Shown here piece after piece: positions 14,813-24,163 of a DNA stretch of 24,163 nucleotides (position 1 is its first letter; each line of letters starts with the position of its first letter). Under the pieces are notes generated by a model that searched no databases, had not been told where the DNA came from, and saw nothing but the letters and a program-made list of their open reading frames with translations. Origin of the DNA: a virus (Duplodnaviria > Heunggongvirae > Uroviricota > Caudoviricetes); the IMG/VR virus record IMGVR_UViG_2565956616_000001, positions 1 to 24,163 of that record. One strand, written 5' to 3'. Both the position numbers and the translations under genes were made by a program.

Positions 14813-14931
14813 CCCGTGCATATCGGTCACGAACAAATCTGATTACTAAACACAGTAGCCTGGATTTGTTCTATCAGTAATCGACCTTATTCCTAATTAA
14901 ATAGAGCAAATCCCCTTATTGGGGGTAAGAC

Positions 14932-15255
14932 ATGAAGATGCCAGAAAAACATGACCTGTTAGCCGCCATTCTCGCGGCAAAGGAACAAGGCATCGGGGCA
15001 ATCCTTGCGTTTGCAATGGCGTACCTTCGCGGCAGATATAATGGCGGTGCGTTTACAAAAACAGTAATCGACGCAACGATGTGCGCCATTATCGCCTGGT
15101 TCATTCGTGACCTTCTCGACTTCGCCGGACTAAGTAGCAATCTCGCTTATATAACGAGCGTGTTTATCGGCTACATCGGTACTGACTCGATTGGTTCGCT
15201 TATCAAACGCTTCGCTGCTAAAAAAGCCGGAGTAGAAGATGGTGGAAATCAATAA
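14932..15255 (+). CDS. S: holin (lambda S type, dual-start MKM)
   Basis: Translation [39 protein letters not shown]... matches lambda S107/S105 as remembered. Confidence 0.95.
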   Translation: MKMPEKHDLLAAILAAKEQGIGAILAFAMAYLRGRYNGGAFTKTVIDATMCAIIAWFIRDLLDFAGLSSNLAYITSVFIGYIGTDSIGSLIKRFAAKKAGVEDGGNQ

Positions 15256-15715
15256 TCAACGTAAGGCGTTTCTCGATATGCTGGCGTGGTCAGAAGGAAC
15301 TGATAACGGACGTCAGAAAACCAGAAATCATGGTTATGACGTCATTGTAGGCGGAGAGCTATTCACTGATTACTCCGATCACCCTCGCAAACTTGTCACG
15401 CTAAACCCCAAACTCAAATCAACAGCGGCCGGACGTTACCAGCTTCTTTCCCGTTGGTGGGATGCCTATCGTAAGCAGCTTGGCCTGAAAGACTTCTCTC
15501 CGAAAAGCCAGGACGCTGTTGCACTGCAGCAGATTAAGGAGCGTGGCGCTTTACCGATGATTGATCGCGGTGATATCCGTCAGGCAATCGACCGTTGCAG
15601 TAATATCTGGGCTTCACTGCCGGGCGCTGGTTATGGTCAGTTCGAGCATAAGGCTGACAGCCTGATTGCAAAATTCAAAGAAGCGGGTGGAACGGTCAGA
15701 GAGATTGAGGTATGA
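15239..15715 (+). CDS. R: endolysin (lambda R, lytic transglycosylase)
   Basis: [39 protein letters not shown]... matches lambda R as remembered; overlaps the end of S. Confidence 0.95.
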   Translation: MVEINNQRKAFLDMLAWSEGTDNGRQKTRNHGYDVIVGGELFTDYSDHPRKLVTLNPKLKSTAAGRYQLLSRWWDAYRKQLGLKDFSPKSQDAVALQQIKERGALPMIDRGDIRQAIDRCSNIWASLPGAGYGQFEHKADSLIAKFKEAGGTVREIEV

Positions 15716-16179
15716 ACAGAGTAACCGCGATTATCTCCGCTCTGGTTATCTGCATCATCGTCTGCCTGTCGTGGGCGGTCAATCATTACCGTGATAATGC
15801 CATCGCCTACAAAGAACAGCGTGATAAAAAAGTCAGTGAGCTGAAGCAGGCGACCGCCACCATTACTGACATGCAGCAACGCCAGCGTGCTGCTGATGCA
15901 CTCGATGCTAAATACACGAAGGAGCTAGCTGATGCGAAAGCTGAAAATGATGCTCTTCGGCGCAAGCTTGATAATGGTGGCAGGGTGCTCGTCAAAGGAA
16001 AATGCCATGTGCCATCCTCAGCCGAAACCTCCGGCGCCTCCGGCATGGGCAATGATTCCACCGTCGAACTCTCTCCAGTTGCTGGACGAAACGTTCTCGG
16101 TGTCCGGGACGGAATTATCCGCGACCAAACAGCACTGAGAACGCTTCAGGAATACATCAGGACGCAATGCCTTCGATGA
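15712..16179 (+). CDS. Rz: i-spanin Rz
   Basis: N-terminus [31 protein letters not shown] is lambda Rz-like; C-terminal half diverges from lambda. Confidence 0.85.
   Translation: MNRVTAIISALVICIIVCLSWAVNHYRDNAIAYKEQRDKKVSELKQATATITDMQQRQRAADALDAKYTKELADAKAENDALRRKLDNGGRVLVKGKCHVPSSAETSGASGMGNDSTVELSPVAGRNVLGVRDGIIRDQTALRTLQEYIRTQCLR
15932..16138 (+). CDS. Rz1: o-spanin Rz1 (lipoprotein embedded in the +1 frame of Rz)
   Basis: [19 protein letters not shown] with lipobox VAGC followed by a Pro-rich segment; entirely inside Rz. Confidence 0.8.
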   Translation: MRKLKMMLFGASLIMVAGCSSKENAMCHPQPKPPAPPAWAMIPPSNSLQLLDETFSVSGTELSATKQH

Positions 16180-16354
16180 TAGCGATAATTTTACTCATCA
16201 TCCTTCACATCTGGCTCTGTAGACAGGATGGTGATCACTTCTGGAGTGAATCCAGATTAAACATCTCATTGCTGATGCTTGATATTGAGCATCTGGCGCG
16301 CGGTAAGGGGCTGCGTTGAGATAAGAGCCAGTTCATTACAAATACCAGTATTTA

Positions 16355-16379
16355 GCCTCGCATTCGCGGGGCTTTTTTA
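16355..16379 (+). terminator. rho-independent terminator downstream of the lysis cassette
   Basis: GCCTCGC-ATTC-GCGGGGC hairpin followed by TTTTTTAT. Confidence 0.5.
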
Positions 16380-16525
16380 TATCTGCAACAAACGCGCTTC
16401 ACACGCGCGACTTCTGAACACAGAACCTTTCAGGATGACCCTTGAGGATGCCGGTTTGGTGATCGGTGCCTTTCTGTGGGCCGGAATCCTGTGTGACAAG
16501 GTTCATCACTAAAAGGTAATCACTG

Positions 16526-17056
16526 ATGAAGTACCCAACAGTTATTGTCAATGGTGTGTCCGTTCGTGTTGATGAGGATGGACGCTACAACTTAAACGAT
16601 CTCCATGCAGCAGCAGTTGCAAATGGAGAGGCTACAGAGCAACAGCGCCCAAGCCAGTTTTTGCGTAGCGCGCAGATAAAACGCTTCATAAAAGCACTGG
16701 AGGCCAAAGTGCAAAAAAGCACTTTGGAACAAATTCAACCACTTAAAATAATCAAAGGTGGTGCAGAACCAGGTGTGTGGGGTGTTGAGCTTCTGGCAAT
16801 CAGATATGCAGCATGGATTAAGCCGGAATTTGAAATCGAAGTTTATGAAGTTTTCAAAACGGTTGTCCGTCTCGGCGTTGGCGCAATGTCCCGTCTGAAT
16901 AGAATCGATCACATCATCAATACTGAAACCAAAGCGATAAGCCAGTGCGCAAGCCAAATGGCTAAGTGGGGCGTTGGTGGGCGAAAAAGATTGCTTCATG
17001 TTGCACGTGAGAGAGCGGCAAATGAAGTGCAAATGTATTTGCCCGGAATGGTGTGA
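16526..17056 (+). CDS. KilA-N domain protein
   Basis: N-terminal VRVDEDGRYNLNDLHAAA resembles the KilA-N DNA-binding domain signature. Confidence 0.55.
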   Translation: MKYPTVIVNGVSVRVDEDGRYNLNDLHAAAVANGEATEQQRPSQFLRSAQIKRFIKALEAKVQKSTLEQIQPLKIIKGGAEPGVWGVELLAIRYAAWIKPEFEIEVYEVFKTVVRLGVGAMSRLNRIDHIINTETKAISQCASQMAKWGVGGRKRLLHVARERAANEVQMYLPGMV

Positions 17057-17312
17057 TTTCGCAGGTTAATCCAGTTTTTGCATTACTGCAGTACCGCGAA
17101 GCAACCCAAGCCAGTAAGTGGGGAAATAACACTGGCAGCCACTGAAAGATGAACCTCCTGCCTTATGGCAAAAAAGATTCTTTGTGGTGGCGGACTGATG
17201 GAAAGACATCGGTTATTGCAGAGACCATTCAATGAGTGGTCTCGACAATGGCTTATACCCTACACGGGATATCTTAACTGATACCCCTTTTAACGGATAA
17301 ACGGAGCCAACA

Positions 17313-17555
17313 ATGGCAGAGATTATTCCCATGACTGAAGAACAGAAATTCCAGTTAGAGATTTACAAACTGGTCATGAACCAGAACGCAGCCGCAGAGG
17401 AAGCATTTCAATTCATCGGCACTGACGAGCTGAAGCTTGAGCTATTCAAAATTCACTTCCAGTCAGGCGGCGCTAATTCAGATATCACGATCCGCACATT
17501 TGAAGCGGTGCGTAAATCGAAGGAAGCGTTAGACCTGTTCACTACCGGAGCATGA
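17313..17555 (+). CDS. hypothetical protein (80 aa)
   Basis: ORF with AACGGAG RBS upstream of ATG 17313, directly before the terminase genes. Confidence 0.45.
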   Translation: MAEIIPMTEEQKFQLEIYKLVMNQNAAAEEAFQFIGTDELKLELFKIHFQSGGANSDITIRTFEAVRKSKEALDLFTTGA

Positions 17556-17584
17556 TGCTCAACCTGAAATAACAAATAAGTGAG

Positions 17585-18079
17585 ATGAATATGGCAGCAC
17601 CAAAGGGCAACCGATTTTGGGAGGCCCGCAGTAGTCATGGGCGAAATCCTAAATTCGAATCGCCTGATGCGCTGTGGGCTGCTTGTTGTGAATACTTCGA
17701 GTGGGCTGATGATAACCCGCTATGGGAGGGTAAGGTATTTTCATATCAGGGAGAAATAATTAAGGCTAATGTCCCTAAGATGCGAGCCATGACTATTTCA
17801 GGATTGTGTACCTTCCTTGATATCACCAGGCAAACATGGGGAACCTTCCGGTCAATGGAAGGTTTTTCTGACGTCACATCACGAGCGGAAGACATCATCT
17901 ACGACCAGAAATTCTCTGGTGCAGCCGCTGACCTTCTCAACGCTAACATCATCGCCCGTGATTTGGGCCTCAAAGAGCAGTCGCAAGTTGAAGACGTGAC
18001 ACCTGATAAGGGAGATCGCGATAAGCGACGCTCTCGTATCAAGGAGCTATTCAACCGTGGAACTGGACGCGATTCTTGA
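17585..18079 (+). CDS. terS: terminase small subunit (P22 gp3-like)
   Basis: Immediately upstream of and overlapping the large terminase gene; N-terminus [22 protein letters not shown]. Alternative start ATG 17591. Confidence 0.75.
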   Translation: MNMAAPKGNRFWEARSSHGRNPKFESPDALWAACCEYFEWADDNPLWEGKVFSYQGEIIKANVPKMRAMTISGLCTFLDITRQTWGTFRSMEGFSDVTSRAEDIIYDQKFSGAAADLLNANIIARDLGLKEQSQVEDVTPDKGDRDKRRSRIKELFNRGTGRDS

Positions 18080-19556
18080 TAACCTGAGCGACGAAGAGCA
18101 AATCGAATTGCTCGAGCTACTCGAAGAAGAAGAGAACTACCGTAACACACACCTGCTATATGAATTTACGCCATACAGCAAACAGCGTGAGTTCATCGAC
18201 GCCGGGCATGACTATCCAGAGCGCTGTTTTATGGCTGGTAACCAGCTTGGTAAGTCATTTACTGGTGCTGCTGAAGTCGCGTTTCACCTTACAGGGCGTT
18301 ATCCGGGAACAAAAGGCTATCCGGCTGATGGTAAATATGGCGGGGAGTGGAAAGGTAAGCGTTTCTATGAGCCTGTTGTCTTCTGGATTGGCGGCGAGAC
18401 AAACGAGACGGTAACCAAAACGACTCAACGCATCCTGTGCGGTCGTATTGAAGAGAATGATGAACCGGGTTACGGTTCAATACCGAAAGAGGACATCATT
18501 AGCTGGAAGAAGTCTCCTTTCTTTCCGAACCTTGTTGATCATCTTCTGGTTAAGCATCACACGGCTGATGGCGTTGAAGATGGCATTTCAATCTGCTACT
18601 TCAAACCATACTCGCAAGGCCGTGCTCGCTGGCAGGGTGACACAATCCACGGCGTGTGGTTTGACGAAGAACCACCATACAGCATTTATGGCGAAGGCCT
18701 TACCCGTACCAACAAATACGGTCAATTCTCAATTCTGACGTTTACCCCGCTGATGGGGATGTCTGACGTTGTTACCAAGTTCCTGAAGAATCCCAGCAAG
18801 TCGCAGAAAGTGGTCAACATGACCATCTATGACGCTGAGCACTATACCGACGAGCAGAAAGAGCAAATCATCGCATCCTATCCCGAGCATGAGAGAGAGG
18901 CGCGTGCTCGCGGTATTCCTACGATGGGTAGCGGTCGAATCTTCCAGATACCGGAAGAGACGATTAAGTGCCAGCCGTTCGAGTGTCCTGATCACTTCTA
19001 CGTAATTGGCGGGATGGATTTCGGATGGGATCACCCACAGGCGCAGGTTCAGCTTTGGTGGGATAAGGACGCAGACACAATCTACGTTTCACGCGTGTGG
19101 AAGGCGAAAGAAAAAACAGCTGTTCAGGCATGGGGAGCTGTTAAATCATGGGCGCATAAAGTGCCAACCGCATGGCCTCATGACGGAAACCAGCACGAGA
19201 AGGGCGGCGGTGAGCAGCTTAAAGGGCAGTACGCGGACGCTGGTTTTATGATGTTGCAGGAGCATGCGACATGGCCTGATGGCGGTAATGCTGTTGAGCC
19301 TGGAATCACTGAATTGCGCGACATGATGCTAGATGGTCGCTTCAAGGTATTCAACACCTGTGAACCATTCTTTGAGGAATTCCGCCTCTATCACCGTGAT
19401 GAAAACGGGAAGATAGTCAAGCTTAACGACGACGTGCTATCCGCCGTTCGCTATGCATACATGATGCGCCGCTTCGCAAAAATGATGCGCGACATCAAAA
19501 AACCAAAAGAGAAAAAGATACCAGCCCCAATCAGGCCCATCGCACGGAGAACTTAA
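18057..19556 (+). CDS. terL: terminase large subunit (P22 gp2-like)
   Basis: 499 aa, the same length as P22 gp2; N-terminus [30 protein letters not shown]; Walker A-like GNQLGKS; GTG start overlapping terS. Confidence 0.9.
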   Translation: MELDAILDNLSDEEQIELLELLEEEENYRNTHLLYEFTPYSKQREFIDAGHDYPERCFMAGNQLGKSFTGAAEVAFHLTGRYPGTKGYPADGKYGGEWKGKRFYEPVVFWIGGETNETVTKTTQRILCGRIEENDEPGYGSIPKEDIISWKKSPFFPNLVDHLLVKHHTADGVEDGISICYFKPYSQGRARWQGDTIHGVWFDEEPPYSIYGEGLTRTNKYGQFSILTFTPLMGMSDVVTKFLKNPSKSQKVVNMTIYDAEHYTDEQKEQIIASYPEHEREARARGIPTMGSGRIFQIPEETIKCQPFECPDHFYVIGGMDFGWDHPQAQVQLWWDKDADTIYVSRVWKAKEKTAVQAWGAVKSWAHKVPTAWPHDGNQHEKGGGEQLKGQYADAGFMMLQEHATWPDGGNAVEPGITELRDMMLDGRFKVFNTCEPFFEEFRLYHRDENGKIVKLNDDVLSAVRYAYMMRRFAKMMRDIKKPKEKKIPAPIRPIARRT

Positions 19557-21722
19557 ATGGCCGACGAAAACAGACTCAATTCCATTCTGTGTAAGTTTGA
19601 CGCGGACTGGATGGCGAGCGATGAAGCCAGAACCGAGGCGACAAATGACCTGTATTTTAGCCGAGTGTCGCAATGGGATGACTGGCTATCAAACTACACT
19701 ACCCTGCAATATCGCGGACAATTCGATGTTGTTCGCCCGGTGGTCAGGAAACTGGTCGCAGAGATGCGCCGTAACCCTATCGACGTTCTCTTCAGACCAA
19801 AAGACGGCGCTAATCCTGATGCTGCCGATGTGTTGATGGGAATGTATCGTACTGATATGCGCCATAACACGGCAAAGATTGCCGTTAACGTTGGAGTTCG
19901 TGAGCAGATAGAGTCCGGCGTTGGTGCATGGCGTCTGGTCACCCAGTACGAAGACAACGACCCAACAAGCAACAATCAGGTAATCCGACGCCTTCCAATC
20001 CATGAAGCCTGCTCACACGTCATATGGGACGCCAACAGCAAGCAGATGGATAAGAGCGACGCTAAGCACTGCACGGTGATTAACGCTTTGTCACGCAATG
20101 GCTGGAAAGAGTTCGCAGAGGATTACGGTATTGATCCTGACACGCTGCCATCTTTCCAGAATCCGAACGACACATGGCTGTTTCCGTGGGTATCGAATGA
20201 TGTCGTCTACGTCGCTGAGTATTACGAGGTAGAAGAGAAGAAAGAGAAGGTCTTCATCTACCGCGACCCGCTGACAGGTGAGCCGGTCAGCTATTACCAG
20301 CAGGATATCAAAGACGTCATCGATGACCTGGCTAATCGTGGATTCATTAAGGTAGCAGAGCGTAAGGTCAAGCGTCGGCGTGTGTATAAGTCGATCATCA
20401 CCTGCACGCAGATACTGAAAGACCGCGAGAAGATAGCTGGAGAGCATATCCCAATCGTTCCTGTGTACGGCGAATGGTCATTCGCTGGTGACAAGGAGTG
20501 CTACGAGGGCGTGGTAAGGCTGACGAAAGACGGTCAACGCCTTCGTAACATGATCATGTCGTTCAACGCCGATATTGTTGCTCGTTCACCGAAGAAGAAA
20601 CCGACCTTCTTCCCTGAGCAAATCGAAGGCTACGAATACATGTACGGTGGAAATGATGACTATCCGTACTATTTGCAGAACAAGACCGATGAAAACGGCA
20701 ACGACCTGCCGATTGGTCCAATCTCCTACATGGAAAACCCTGAAGTGCCGCAAGCCAACGCTTACATGCTTGAGGCTGCCACCAACGCAGTAAAAGAGGT
20801 GGCTAGTCTTGGCGTGGATGCGCAGGCAGCAAACTCTCAGGTCGCTTTCGATACCGTCAATCAACTGAACATGCGGGCAGACCTTGAGACATACGTGTTT
20901 CAGGATAACCTGGCTACCGCAATGCGACGTGATGGCGAGATTTATGCCTCAATGGTCAACGATATTTATGACGTTCCTCGTCATGTAACGCTGACACTTG
21001 AAGATGGAAGCGAGAAAGACGTTCAACTCTATGCGCAAGTTGTCGATTACCAGTCCGGCAATGTGGTCACACTCAACGACATTCGTGGTCGCTATGAGTG
21101 CTATACGGACGTTGGACCATCCTTCCAGAGTATGAAGGAACAGAACCGCGCAGAGATTCAGGAGTTGCTCACCAAGGTTCCGCAAGGTACTCCAGAGTTC
21201 CAGATGCTGATGCTGCAATACTTCACGCTGCTTGACGGTAAAGGCGTCGAGATGATGCGAGAGTACGCGAACAAGCAACTGGTGATGATGGGGCTGAAGA
21301 AACCAGAAACACCTGAAGAGATGGAGATGGTGCAGCAGGCACAACAACAGCCGCAGCAGCCATCAGCAGAGCAAATTCAGGCGCAGGGTATCCTTCTGCA
21401 AGGTCAGGCTGAATTGCTCAAGGCAGAGAACCAACAGGCGCAGATTCAGGTTGAAGCCGCCAAGGTTGAAGCCCAAAACCAACTCAACGCCGCAAAGATT
21501 GCAGAGATCTTCAACAATATGGACCTCGACAAGCAGGCAGAACTGCGTGAGTACCTCAAGCTCGTAGGTCAATTCCAGCAACAGCGCAGCAAAGATGCTC
21601 GTGCTAACGCTGAGCTGCTTCTTAAAGATGCAGACCAGACTCATTCACAACGCATGGATTTCGCGAATCTTATGCGTCAAGTTCAAATCCCCTCCGGCGG
21701 AGTAGCCGAGACACCTCAATAA
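19557..21722 (+). CDS. gp1: portal protein (P22 gp1-like)
   Basis: 721 aa; conserved blocks ([20 protein letters not shown]-terminal coiled-coil barrel region) match the P22 portal as remembered; ATG directly abuts the terL stop. Confidence 0.9.
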   Translation: MADENRLNSILCKFDADWMASDEARTEATNDLYFSRVSQWDDWLSNYTTLQYRGQFDVVRPVVRKLVAEMRRNPIDVLFRPKDGANPDAADVLMGMYRTDMRHNTAKIAVNVGVREQIESGVGAWRLVTQYEDNDPTSNNQVIRRLPIHEACSHVIWDANSKQMDKSDAKHCTVINALSRNGWKEFAEDYGIDPDTLPSFQNPNDTWLFPWVSNDVVYVAEYYEVEEKKEKVFIYRDPLTGEPVSYYQQDIKDVIDDLANRGFIKVAERKVKRRRVYKSIITCTQILKDREKIAGEHIPIVPVYGEWSFAGDKECYEGVVRLTKDGQRLRNMIMSFNADIVARSPKKKPTFFPEQIEGYEYMYGGNDDYPYYLQNKTDENGNDLPIGPISYMENPEVPQANAYMLEAATNAVKEVASLGVDAQAANSQVAFDTVNQLNMRADLETYVFQDNLATAMRRDGEIYASMVNDIYDVPRHVTLTLEDGSEKDVQLYAQVVDYQSGNVVTLNDIRGRYECYTDVGPSFQSMKEQNRAEIQELLTKVPQGTPEFQMLMLQYFTLLDGKGVEMMREYANKQLVMMGLKKPETPEEMEMVQQAQQQPQQPSAEQIQAQGILLQGQAELLKAENQQAQIQVEAAKVEAQNQLNAAKIAEIFNNMDLDKQAELREYLKLVGQFQQQRSKDARANAELLLKDADQTHSQRMDFANLMRQVQIPSGGVAETPQ

Positions 21723-21735
21723 GAGAGAGTTAATC

Positions 21736-22647
21736 ATGGACCAAACCACCGACATTCAGGCTTCTGAAGAATTAACCCTGCCCGGCAATCATGCAGCGGC
21801 ATCTGCTGATGGCTTAGTTGTCGATAATGCCAACGACAACGCAGGTCAGGAAGAAGGCTTCGAGATTGTCCTGAAAGACGATGAGAAACCAAAACAAGAC
21901 CCGGCAACTAATGCTGAATTTGCCCGTCGCCGCATCGAACGCAAACGCCAGCGTGAGCTTGAGCAGCAGATGGAAGCGGTTAAGCGTGGAGAGTTGCCGG
22001 AGCACCTGCGGGTGAACCCTGAGTTACCAAAACAACCAGACCCTAACGATTATCTTTCCGAAGATGCACTGGCTAAGTACGACTATGACCAGAGCCGCGC
22101 ACTGGCTGCCTTCCAGCAGGCAAACAGTGAATGGCAGATCAAGGCTATGGACGCACGAAGCCAGGCTGTCGCCGAGCAGGGTCGCAAAACTCAGGAGTTC
22201 ACCCAGCAATCAGCGCAATACGTCGAGGCAGCCCGTAAGCACTACGACGCAGCGGAAAAGCTCAATATCCCTGACTATCAGGAGAAAGAGGACGTATTCA
22301 TGCAACTGGTGCCGCCAGCAGTCGGTGCCGACATCATGCGCCTCTTCCCGGAGAAATCCGCCGCTCTCATGTATCACCTTGGTGCTAATCCTGAGAAAAC
22401 ACGCCAGTTGCTGGCGATGGACGGGCAATCCGCGCTGATTGAACTCACTCGACTGTCAGAACGTTTAACTCTCAAGCCTCGAGCCAAGCCTGTTTCAGAA
22501 GCCCCGTTACCTGATGAACCCATTCAGGGGCACGCTGTTGCTGCAAATATCTCTGCGATTGAAAAGCAGATGGAAGCGGCAGCAAACAAAGGGGATGTAG
22601 AGACGTACCGCAAGCTTAAGGCGCAACTGAATAAAGGAATTCGATAA
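21736..22647 (+). CDS. gp8: scaffolding protein (P22 gp8-like)
   Basis: 303 aa, the same length as P22 gp8; [31 protein letters not shown] and C-terminal helix-turn-helix coat-binding region. Confidence 0.9.
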   Translation: MDQTTDIQASEELTLPGNHAAASADGLVVDNANDNAGQEEGFEIVLKDDEKPKQDPATNAEFARRRIERKRQRELEQQMEAVKRGELPEHLRVNPELPKQPDPNDYLSEDALAKYDYDQSRALAAFQQANSEWQIKAMDARSQAVAEQGRKTQEFTQQSAQYVEAARKHYDAAEKLNIPDYQEKEDVFMQLVPPAVGADIMRLFPEKSAALMYHLGANPEKTRQLLAMDGQSALIELTRLSERLTLKPRAKPVSEAPLPDEPIQGHAVAANISAIEKQMEAAANKGDVETYRKLKAQLNKGIR

Positions 22648-23942
22648 TGGCATTAAATGAAGGTCAACTGGTCACGTATGCTCTGGATGAAATCATCGAA
22701 ACCGTCCAGAACCTGACGCCAATGGCGTCAAAAGTGACAAAATACACCCCTCCGGCAGAATCCATGCAGCGTTCAAGCAACACCGTGTGGATGCCTGTTG
22801 AGCAGGAAGCGCCAACCCAGACTGGCTGGGATTTAACTGGCAACGCAACCGGGATTCTGGAACTCTCCGTGAAATGCAACATGGGCGATCCGGATAACGA
22901 TTTCTTCGAGCTTCGTGCAGATGACCTGCGTGATGAGCGTTCTTACCGTCGCCGCATCCAGGCATCCGCCAAAAAACTGGCGAATAACATTGAGTCAGCG
23001 ATTGCCAAACAGGCAACTGAAATGGGCTCGCTTGTTGTTCACGATACCCGCGCAATTGGTCCATCTACTGGCCTGTCTGGCTGGGATTTTGTGTCTGACG
23101 CAGAGCGCCTGATGTTCTCCCGTGAGCTAAACCGCGATATGGGCATCAGTTACTTCCTGAACCCTGACGATTACCGCAAAGCAGGCCGCAACCTGGTAGA
23201 TGGTGACATCTTTGGGCGCGTTCCTGAAGAAGCGTATCGCAACGGTACTATTCAGCGTCAGATTGCTGGCTTTGATGAAATTCTTCGCTCACCGAAACTT
23301 CCGGCAGTTACCAAGTCAACCGCTACTGGTGTAACTGTTTCTGGTGCGCAGAAGTTTAAGCCGCAGGCATACACCCTTGATACCGATGGTAACAAAGAGA
23401 ACGTCGATAACCGTGTTGCAACGGTGACCGTATCCTCCACCACCGGATTTAAGCGCGGCGACAAAATCAGCTTCACTGGTGTGAAATTCCTGTCTCAGAT
23501 GGCGAAGAACGTGCTGACTGATGATGCGACTTTCTCAATCACCCGTGTGATCGATGGTACTCACATCGAAATCACGCCGAAGCCGATTGCACTGGATGAC
23601 GCGTCACTGACAAAAGAAGAGAAGGCTTACGCTAATGTAAACACATCTCTTGCTGATACCACTCCGGTAAACGTTCTGAACGTGGCAACAACCACCGCTA
23701 ACGTGTTCTGGGCTGATGACTCAATCCGTCTGCTGTCTCAGCCGATCCCGGTAACCCATGAACTGTTTGCTGGTATGAAAACGTCTTCCTTCAGCATTCC
23801 TGGCATTGGTGTTAACGGCATCTTCGCAACGCAGGGGGATATCAACACTCTGTCTGGCAAGTGCCGTATTGCTGTGTGGTATTCAGCATGTGCTGTACGA
23901 CCAGAGGCAATTGGTGTTGGTCTGCCTAACCAGACCGCGTGA
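22647..23942 (+). CDS. gp5: major coat protein (P22 gp5-like)
   Basis: 431 aa; [10 protein letters not shown] start and C-terminus [14 protein letters not shown] match P22 coat as remembered. Confidence 0.9.
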   Translation: MALNEGQLVTYALDEIIETVQNLTPMASKVTKYTPPAESMQRSSNTVWMPVEQEAPTQTGWDLTGNATGILELSVKCNMGDPDNDFFELRADDLRDERSYRRRIQASAKKLANNIESAIAKQATEMGSLVVHDTRAIGPSTGLSGWDFVSDAERLMFSRELNRDMGISYFLNPDDYRKAGRNLVDGDIFGRVPEEAYRNGTIQRQIAGFDEILRSPKLPAVTKSTATGVTVSGAQKFKPQAYTLDTDGNKENVDNRVATVTVSSTTGFKRGDKISFTGVKFLSQMAKNVLTDDATFSITRVIDGTHIEITPKPIALDDASLTKEEKAYANVNTSLADTTPVNVLNVATTTANVFWADDSIRLLSQPIPVTHELFAGMKTSSFSIPGIGVNGIFATQGDINTLSGKCRIAVWYSACAVRPEAIGVGLPNQTA

Positions 23943-23949
23943 TAACCAG

Positions 23950-23973
23950 AGGGAGCTTCGGCTCCCTTTTTTA
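23950..23973 (+). terminator. rho-independent terminator after the coat gene
   Basis: GGGAGC-TTCG-GCTCCC hairpin followed by TTTTTTTAT. Confidence 0.6.
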
Positions 23974-23986
23974 TCTGGAGACAAGC

Positions 23987-24163
23987 ATGACACACATGAT
24001 CTTTCGTCATGGAGACATGAAGAAGTGGAAAGGCGTTGGATACGACTTTGAAATCGTGAAAGCCGAAGAGCTTCAGGAATATCTGGATGCTGGCTGGTTT
24101 GCACATCCTGATGATCTTCTGAATGATGTTGCAGAGCCAGAGCCAGAGCCAGAGCCAGAGCCA
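23987..24163 (+). CDS. hypothetical protein, 3' end truncated by window edge, ending in an (EP)n dipeptide repeat
   Basis: ATG 23987 preceded by GGAG (23977-23980); translation MTHMIFRHGDMKKWKGVGYDFEIVKAEELQEYLDAGWFAHPDDLLNDVAEPEPEPEPEP; frame still open at the last base. Confidence 0.5.
   Translation, partial: MTHMIFRHGDMKKWKGVGYDFEIVKAEELQEYLDAGWFAHPDDLLNDVAEPEPEPEPEP
24134..24163 (+). repeat. hexanucleotide tandem repeat (GAGCCA)x5, truncated by window end
   Basis: Five perfect in-frame copies encoding Glu-Pro repeats. Confidence 0.9.

Noticed and set aside
16279-16512. Plus-strand ORF of 77 aa after Rz
   Set aside because: Spans an intrinsic terminator hairpin (16355-16379) and lacks an RBS; a short 25-aa ORF from ATG 16433 is possible but unsupported.
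17166-17282. 38-aa ORF (MAKKILCGGGLMERH...) in the gap before the packaging genes
   Set aside because: No Shine-Dalgarno sequence; too short to support without expression data.
20949-21347. Minus-strand ORF of 132 aa (His/Leu-rich)
   Set aside because: Antisense to the portal gene; composition typical of a reverse-frame artefact.
1-24163. CRISPR array, integrase/attachment sites, rRNA
   Set aside because: No spaced direct-repeat array, no tyrosine-recombinase-like ORF and no rRNA-like sequence in this window; the prophage ends appear to lie outside it.

Overview
The window reads as a mosaic lambdoid (lambda/P22-type) prophage of an enterobacterium, covering most of the early and late regions. 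From left to right: a leftward early operon on the minus strand (N-like antiterminator, an insulated 212-aa unknown gene, cIII-like, Rad52-like annealing protein, SSB, HNH protein, DnaQ-like exonuclease); an immunity region (cI-type repressor, cro, cII) with palindromic operators; a replication module (O-like initiator with in-gene iterons, DnaB-type helicase); a nin region (ninB, ninE, ninF, Rha, rusA, ninH); a Q-like antiterminator with candidate pR'/tR'; a lambda-type lysis cassette (S, R, Rz/Rz1); and a P22-type packaging/head module (small and large terminase, portal, scaffold, coat). The standout feature is a 343-aa intein with a LAGLIDADG homing-endonuclease domain inserted in frame in the Walker A P-loop of the helicase, with features suggesting a class 3 (non-canonical) intein. 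A second, free-standing HNH-AP2 homing-endonuclease-like gene sits between Q/tR' and the holin. All protein identities are from reading the translations against remembered family sequences; no database search was run.
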